Shown piece by piece: positions 57,169 through 64,000 of a stretch of 64,000 nt of DNA. The DNA lies in contig OX597829.1 of NCBI GenBank assembly GCA_951406725.2, positions 18,042,001 to 18,106,000 of the forward strand. The letters run 5' to 3'. This stretch comes from Octopus vulgaris. Taxonomy: Eukaryota. The notes below the pieces were generated by a model, which saw nothing but the letters and a program-made list of their open reading frames with translations, made no database searches and had not been told where the DNA came from. Within the stretch, counting starts at the first letter, position 1; the number at the start of each line of letters is the position of its first letter. The translations under genes were made by a program, and so were the position numbers.

Positions 57169-57222
57169 GTATGTATGTATGTATGTATGTATGTATGTAT
57201 GTATGTATGTATGTATGTATGC
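56878..57222. repeat. (GATA)n with a 14-bp higher-order variant, followed by (GTAT)n
   Basis: Read directly: tagatagatatgaa / tagatagatataaa units. Confidence 0.95.
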
Positions 57223-57398
57223 ATGTATGTATACACGTGTGCCTGTGCGTATTTAATTGACTTGAGCGCTTCCGCCTTCAACAGTATGAGTAGAAATAAA
57301 GTTGACTAAGATCAACCTTGTAAAGCCAGTAGAATTTTTGAAAAATGCAAAGAATCAGCAATATGCCTTCATAAAAGGTATTATGCCAATATTCTAGT

Positions 57399-57817
57399 GG
57401 ATCTTTTCGGTTTGAACGGCAGTTTTAAAAAATAATTTCCACGTAACTAAACACTTTTAAACTTCGTATACTGGTAGAATGCGTTTATGAAACACCTTTT
57501 TCTCTTGGCTTTCTTGAGAAAATTCTATAGTTTGTAAGATATTTGTTGTTTTTTTTCTTCAATTTCTGCAATTTTAACCAAATACTGACGTCTATTGAGG
57601 TAAAAAACATTCTGTGCCGTATGAATAAGTCCCTCGTTTAAGAAACAGATTGGGTTTATTTACATTTCTGTAGAAATAAAAGATACCCTTCCCCCCACCC
57701 CTAACCCTAACCCTAAAACAGATTGAAATGCAATAGGTCGATACTAGGGTCATAATTATGGGTGACAATTTCATATGACACCGAAAGAAAAAACTGCCGT
57801 TCAAACCGAAAAGATCC
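57399..57817 (-). mobile_element. hAT-type MITE M1
   Basis: Both TIRs intact; internal (CCCTAA)3; no TSD seen. Confidence 0.9.
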
Positions 57818-57956
57818 AGAATTTTTAATGATTCAGCAATAACAATAATATGAAGAATACTTGGCCATCGTACTTACTGAAAACAGACATCGAAATCAAT
57901 ATCAACATGATAAACGAAATTACATATGCTGCGACCATTCCACTTAAAAAAAGAAA

Positions 57957-58374
57957 GGCGCAGGAGTGGCTGTGTGGTAAGTAGCTTGCTAACCAACCAC
58001 AAGGTTGCGGGTTCAGTCCCACTGCGTGGCATCTTGGGCAAGTGTCTTCTGCTATAGCCCCGGGCCGACCAATGCCTTGTGAGTGTATTTGGTAGACGGA
58101 AACTGAAAGAAGCCTATCGTATATATGTATATATATATGTGTCTGTGTTTGTGTGTCTGTGTTTGTCCCACATCGCTTGACAACCGATGCTGGTGTGTTT
58201 ACGTCCCCGTCACTTAGCGGTTCGGCAAAAGAGACCGATAGAATAAGTACTGGGCTTCCAAAGAATAAGTCCCAGGGTCGATTTGCTCGACTAAAGGCGG
58301 TGCTCCAGCATGGCCGCAGTCAAATGACTGAAACAAGTAAAAGAGTAAAGAGTAAAAGAGAGAGTAAAGAGTAA
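57957..58374 (+). mobile_element. SINE family B, full length
   Basis: ggcgcaggagtggctgtgtgg head to (gagtaaa)n tail. Confidence 0.92.
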
Positions 58375-58934
58375 GCATTCTTTCACATCTATTCATTAAT
58401 GGGTCTACTTAAATTCCGGGCAAACATCGAGGTAAACAAAATATACCGCAAAAAAATAGATAATTATATAAAAGATATCTTAATTCTGAAATAAATTAAA
58501 TGCGAGAAAAAGGTGATTATTGGAAAAAAAAAAGTGAGATAGTTATTGCAAAAAATAGTATGGCAAAATATATCCTCGATATCAAAGATCGCTTTATTTA
58601 AGAAACGATTATATTAAATCACAAAAAAATCCGTGGCTATAGAAGCTGATTATGATTATTTGAACAAGGCAATGAATTCGGTTCTAAAGCCAAAGTGATT
58701 TTATCGAAATCTACATTAAAACAAGATAGAAATTAATACAGCGTTGATATGAAGAAAAATAGAAAGAGTAGAAACATCCTGCAAAAGAGTTAAGAGAACA
58801 AATGGTTTGTCATAGACGAAAATGTTTGAAACACAAGATGTAAATTGCATAACTGATAAGAGCCCTACTAATATAAAAGCAATCAGTGATGCTATGAACT
58901 TTTATCAAAAGACTTTGTAGGTATTGCGTATTTA

Positions 58935-59505
58935 GGCGGCGAGCTGGCAGAAATGCTACCACGCCGGGCGCTGCCGTTACGTTTTGAGTTCAAATTCCGC
59001 CGAGGTCGACTTTGCCTTTCATCCTTTCGGGGTTGATAAATTAAGTACCATTCACGCACTGGGGTCGATATAATCGACTTAATCCGCTTGTCTGTCCTTG
59101 TTTGTCCTTTCTGTGCTTAGCCCCTTGTGGGTAGTAAAGAAATTAGTATGGTAAATTAAGTACCAGTTATGCACTGGGGTCGATGTAACAACTTAATCCG
59201 TTTGTCTGTCCTTGTTTGTCCTCTCTGTGTTTAGTCCCTTGTGGGTAATAAAGAAATTAGTATGGATTAGTATGGTAAATTAAGTACCAGTTATGCACTG
59301 GGGTCGATGTAACAACTTAATCCGTTTGTCTGTCCTTGTTTGTCCTCTCTGTGTTTAGCCCTTTGTGGGTAATAAAGAAATTAGTATGGATTAGTATGGT
59401 AAATTAAGTACCAGTTACGCACTGGTGTCGATGTAATCAACTTAATCCGTTTGTCTGTCCTTGTTTGTCCTCTCTGTGTTTAGCCCCTTGTGGGTAGTAA
59501 AGAAA
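58935..59505 (+). mobile_element. SINE family A with three extra tandem 3' units and a 17-bp TSD
   Basis: taggtattgcgtattta at 58918-58934 and 59506-59522. Confidence 0.9.
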
Positions 59506-59749
59506 TAGGTATTGCGTATTTAAGATGCAATTATCCCAAATATAGTGAATATAAAAGCAGACGTATGTTTCAAAGAATAGTCTATATAAAAATTAAGGCT
59601 ATCTATCACTTAAAAAAAAAAGAATATTCAGTAATCAACCACCGAAAAATTGCTTCAACCAGATAAAAAAAAACAAAAAACGAAAAAGTAATTAGGCAAC
59701 GAAAGAAAGGGAGAGTGAGGCAGAGGGAGTAAGAAGCTGAACACCTGAG

Positions 59750-59920
59750 TCCGAACGATGTCCAGCCGCCCCGCTTGAAAATAATAGCAAAGGCATTGCC
59801 GCGGGAAATGGTCAGCGACACTCGCTGCAATAGCGACCCCATTTCGAAAGGTTCACTTCTCAAACAGGCCGCTGTTATTCCGGTTTTACAACGGAAATGA
59901 GCAGTGCCGCAGTCCGAGTA
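59750..59920 (-). mobile_element. C-terminal fragment of a CRE-like RLE non-LTR element
   Basis: LLQRVSLTISRGNAFAI resembles the QRLSxAxQRGNA terminus of CRE-clade ORFs. Confidence 0.5.
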
Positions 59921-60157
59921 TACATTAAAATAACATCTAACAGTAACATATAAGGATAGCTAAATCTCAGACATTGAGGAAAAGATCTAAAGCAAAACAC
60001 CGAAAAACGCGCAAGAAAATAATTTATATTTTAATTCAAAGAAATTAAGCGTTAAGATATATGTAAAGTAAAGTGTTAATTTAGTATAAAGTTACTGTAC
60101 AGCATATAGTTGTAACAAATAAATAAAAAATAAAAAAATATAGGAAGAATATATGTT

Positions 60158-60388
60158 TTTTTTATTGCCCACAAGGGGCTAAACATAGAGGGGACAAAGA
60201 AGGACAGACAAACGGATTAAGTCGATTACATCGACCCCAGTGTGTAACTGGTACTTAATTTATCGACCCCGAAAGGATGAAAGGCAAAGTCGACCTCGGC
60301 GGAATTTGAACCCAGAATGTAACAGCAGATGAAATACGGCTACACATTTCGCCCGGCGTGCTAACGTTTTTGCCAGCTCGCCGCCTTA
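60158..60388 (-). mobile_element. SINE family A
   Basis: Full monomer; imperfect TSD tata(g/a)gaagaatatat. Confidence 0.9.
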
Positions 60389-60422
60389 TATAAGAAGAAT
60401 ATATTTCAATGTTTCTTTATAT

Positions 60423-60472
<50 letters not shown>

Positions 60473-60473
<1 letters not shown>

Positions 60474-60600
60474 TATTCAGTTTATTTCAAGATTTCTTGC
60501 CAATAGAGAAAGAACAGGTTTCTAATCTAGATACAAGTCTCCTTCGTTGGAATTTCAACATCAACAAAAGGTTATTTTTGTTCGTTTGTATGTATGTATC
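60473..60600 (-). mobile_element. R3 family 3' UTR end
   Basis: attcagtttatttcaagatttcttgccaatagagaaagaa.. Confidence 0.75.
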
Positions 60601-60879
60601 TACGTATGTATGTATGTATGTATGTATGTATGTATGTATGTATGTATGTATGCATGCATGCATGCCTGTATGCCTGCATGCATGTATGTATGTATGCATG
60701 CATGTATGTATGTATGTATGTATGTATGTGTGCATGTATGTATATATGTATGCATATATGTATACATATATGTATGTATTGTTTTATATTTTTATAAAAG
60801 TAAACCCTGACCCTCTACGTTCTTGACCACAGTTGCATTCGGGTCTGGAACATTGTAGGGGCATCCCGTCGGTGAGTAC

Positions 60880-61830
60880 CAACGTAAAAAATATCAATAG
60901 AAGAGGAAACATATCAGTTATTTGTTCACTAAACCAAACAACTCAAGGTCCCAGCAGCCCAACGGCAAAAGGAGCAGCTACTTTAATATCACAAATAAAG
61001 GTGTACAGTGCTGCTATGATCCCTTGTCCCCTCTACACCGCGGAATGCATGGCACTCAACTACATGCACATGGAGGCCCTGACGTGAGCCTAACTTCACT
61101 TATGCTCCATTTTGTGTATCAGCTGGAGGATCCCATTCGGATCTTTTCGGTTTGAACGGCAGTTTTTCTAGCGGTGTCATATGAAATTGTCACCCATAAT
61201 TATGACCCTAGTATCGATCTATTGCATTTCAATCTCTTTTAGGGTTAGTTAGGGTTAGGGGTGGCTGGAACGGTATCTTTTTTCTTCACAAATGTAAATA
61301 AACCCAATCTGTTTCTTAAACTAGGGACATATTCATGCGGCACAGAATGTTATTTACCTCAATGGACGTCACTGATTGGTTGAAATTGCAGAAATTGAAG
61401 GAAAAAAAACAACAAATATCTTACAAACTATAGAATTTTCTCAATAAAGGCAAGAGAAAAAGATGTTTTATAAACACATTCTACCAGTATACGAAGTTTA
61501 ACATTTTTTAGTTACCTAGAAATTATGTTAAAAACTGCCGTTCAAACCGAAAGGATCCTCCCATTCCCTATGTAGAGGATCTGCGCCGCACTGCCGCAGT
61601 TAGCGTGGAAGCCACTTATTACCTCATCACAATAGCGCTTTGTGGGACAAGTTTGCAGATTAGAGGGTAGCAGGCTCCCAAAGGTGGTTTTTCTACTTTG
61701 AACTACGCCGAGGCTGGAGGAAGAGACATCGGAAGAACTCGCCTCGGAGGAGAAGGCTCTGCGTTTCGGGGAATGGCACCGATCGCTGAAGCGCGTAATT
61801 CTAGCCATTGAGGAAAAACAACAGAGAGAA
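60880..61830 (+). mobile_element. Decayed RTE LINE C-terminal region, split by MITE M1
   Basis: QIKVYSAAMIPCPLYTAECM and RFVGQVCRLEGSRLPKVVF resemble RTE KLKVY..LLYGCETW and RWAGHV.RM..RLPK. Confidence 0.7.
61139..61558 (+). mobile_element. hAT-type MITE M1 with a perfect 8-bp TSD
   Basis: TSD tcccattc at 61131-61138 and 61559-61566. Confidence 0.95.
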
Positions 61831-62229
61831 TAAGAACGAGCGCATGAGACTTGTCACTTTTCCGTTGTGTCAAGTAGCTTCACCTGCAGCAGATGTCATT
61901 GCTGCTGGAAATCAAAAGCAGGCCTTGTAGCCCACATGTGAGTCTGCCGGATATGATTTCTGAATAAAATAAGTCAACGACAGAGTGCCAACGACGGCGA
62001 TATTGAATATAGAAACAGAAGTTAGACTATAGCACATACGCAGTAGTGGTTGTAAAGGCGTAAAATCAAAAGTAGCAAGTCTTACAAATGGAAACCGGAA
62101 ATGAAAACATATATATATATGTGCACAGTAAAGCAGTGAGCCGGAAAACAGTGGTTTGCAAACATATTCATTGCAAAACCTACAATAAATTCCACATAAC
62201 AATACATAAAGCAAGATATAAGTGACAAA

Positions 62230-62619
62230 GGATATTTTTGGTTTGAACGGCAGTTTTTAAAATAATTTCTAGGTAACTAAAAAATTTTTAACTTTTTATA
62301 CTGGTAGAATGTGTTTATAAAACATCTTTTTTCTCTTGGCTTTATTGAGAAAATTCTATAGTTTGTAAGATATTTGTGGTTTTTTATCTTCAATTTCTGC
62401 AATTTCAACCAATCAGTGACGTCCATTGAGGTAAATAACATTCTGTGCCGTATGAATATGTCCCTCGTTTAAGAAACAGATTGGGTTTATTTACATTTGT
62501 GAAGAAAAAAAGATACCCTTCCCCCATCCCTAACCTTAAAAGAGATTGAAATGCAATAGATCGATTCTAGGGTCATAATTACGGGTGACAAAAAACTGCC
62601 GTTCAAACCGAAAAGATCC
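62230..62619 (-). mobile_element. hAT-type MITE M1 with a perfect 8-bp TSD
   Basis: TSD gtgacaaa at 62222-62229 and 62620-62627. Confidence 0.93.
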
Positions 62620-63084
62620 GTGACAAAAACTTAAATTGGAATGAGGAACAATATAAAAGTTATATATTCACTTTTTTGCTGTGAAATTGCAGGGTCGTTA
62701 GAGCACTGGATATAAGGCTTTCTTCTTTCTGCTCCGATTCTCTGAGATCTGTGATCAAATCTCATCATAGTTTAAAAGAAAGGTCGCTTTAATCCGTTTC
62801 CTACCACGCTGCTTTCAGTGGAGACTACTTTACCGCAAACATTTAGGGGCATAATTTCCGGTGATATTCCTTTATTCTTTTAAATAAATATATCTTTAAT
62901 AAATTTGTTTATTCCTTTTCCCGAATGTTTGAGTAATTTTTCTGTTGTGTTTTGCTTTATTTTTTTTTTGTTTCACCTCGTTATAAATATCAGAATTTCT
63001 TCTTAAACATGTTTCATTCGAACTCAAATGAGGTAAGTTAAGTATTCTAAACAGTTGTGTTCCTGAAAGGTTATACTTTTCAAC

Positions 63085-63234
63085 AAGTGCAGTAAGAAAC
63101 ATGCTTTCCCGCCACAGAGTTCCGAGTTTAGTTCCACTTTAATTGTACATGAGGCAAATGTCTTCTCGTTTAGCCTAGGGACGACCAAAGCTTTGTGAAT
63201 GGATTTGGTAGATGGAAACTGAAAGAAACCTGTC

Positions 63235-63240
<6 letters not shown>
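63085..63240 (+). mobile_element. Decayed SINE B 5' half
   Basis: gaccaaagctttgtgaatggatttggtagatggaaactgaaagaa followed by (TG)n. Confidence 0.75.
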
Positions 63241-63278
<38 letters not shown>

Positions 63279-63279
<1 letters not shown>

Positions 63280-64000
63280 ACCCTCACTTTCCTTTTTAAG
63301 TGAAACTTGAAAAAGTCGATTTTGGCTCTACCGAAGAGGAACGTCTGCTTCATTCTTTTCACCCTCGTCCACCAGACCTCTTTTTTGCTACAGCCTTGGA
63401 GCAAAACAAAACTGCTTTGCCTGCCCAGTTGATGGAGGACGGCAAGGAAATCCTCACTCGATCAACAGACGAAATCGTCCCACGCGCGATAGGAGCTGTT
63501 CAACATAGCTCCACAAGTCAGCAATGGCCAGACTCTGAACGAGTGTATGCATAACGCTTTCGTCGCTATGTTCGCACCTCACACAAACACATCTGACAGC
63601 ACATCCGTATCTGTAGAGTTTATCTCGAACCAGTAGCACCCCTACCCCGGTAGAGCCCCACCCGCCCGTTAGAGCCCCACTCTCCCTTCAGCGCCCCGGT
63701 AGTGCCCACGGTAGCACTGCCAAACCAAAAAACATCTGGAAATTATCCATAGTAGTATCCGATCGAAATGTCTCCCGGAACAGACAAGCCAGTCTGTTTT
63801 CGTTGATACCTAAGATTTCCCCGAGGATGTTGTCGCATTTCCTCGCCACTAATCCTCTACATATAGCGAAAGTGGAATATCCACCGATCCTATTACCCGA
63901 CTGAGCGCCTGGCGACATGAGTAGGACGACAGGAGTAGGAAATTTATGTTCCCGTCCTTGCGAGAAACACATTTGTATGCAATTTTTTTGTCGTTCGGTT
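63279..64000 (-). mobile_element. L1/Tx1-type LINE ORF2 C-terminal (zf-RVT) fragment
   Basis: LLVRDKLYRYG..CVRC..ESVMHTLVQ..DLWSYV and EVWWTR..FFKFHLKRK; frameshifted. Confidence 0.7.

Noticed and set aside
58935-59505. Regularly spaced repeats resembling a CRISPR array (also 13.5-15.7 kb)
   Set aside because: Whole units repeat with no unique spacers, they derive from a SINE or MITE, and the context is eukaryotic with no cas genes

Overview
Repeat-saturated, AT-rich eukaryotic (animal) intergenic or intronic DNA. The SINE families and the microsatellite load look like an octopod cephalopod (Octopus); this is inference, not checked. No host protein-coding exon can be supported, and almost every ORF in the track is a microsatellite translation. 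All recognisable coding sequence comes from transposons: a 5'-truncated CR1/L2-type LINE (19.3-21.2 kb, -), a near-intact R4/Dong RT-RLE element in (TAA)n (34.6-36.4 kb) plus a decayed second copy, fragments of RTE, L1/Tx1, CRE-like, another RLE family and Penelope elements, and DD41D and mariner remnants. Non-coding elements include four tRNA-headed SINE families, hAT and Tc1/mariner MITEs, non-autonomous Helitrons and several foldbacks. The most interesting signals are: (1) minimal type-I hammerhead ribozyme folds with variant cores (CCGANGA, CUGUUGA) in Penelope-like terminal repeats, including one in each arm of a 620-bp foldback; (2) a 5S rRNA fragment fused to a SINE/LINE 3' tail; (3) a ~195-bp direct duplication flanking an hAT MITE whose other copies have 8-bp TSDs; (4) SINE multimers with a recurrent self-junction inside one TSD; (5) a (TAA)n-targeted non-coding element that may be a Dong parasite; (6) a structured 68-nt RNA domain conserved between two divergent RTE-like leaders. 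Coordinates were read by eye and may be off by a few bases.
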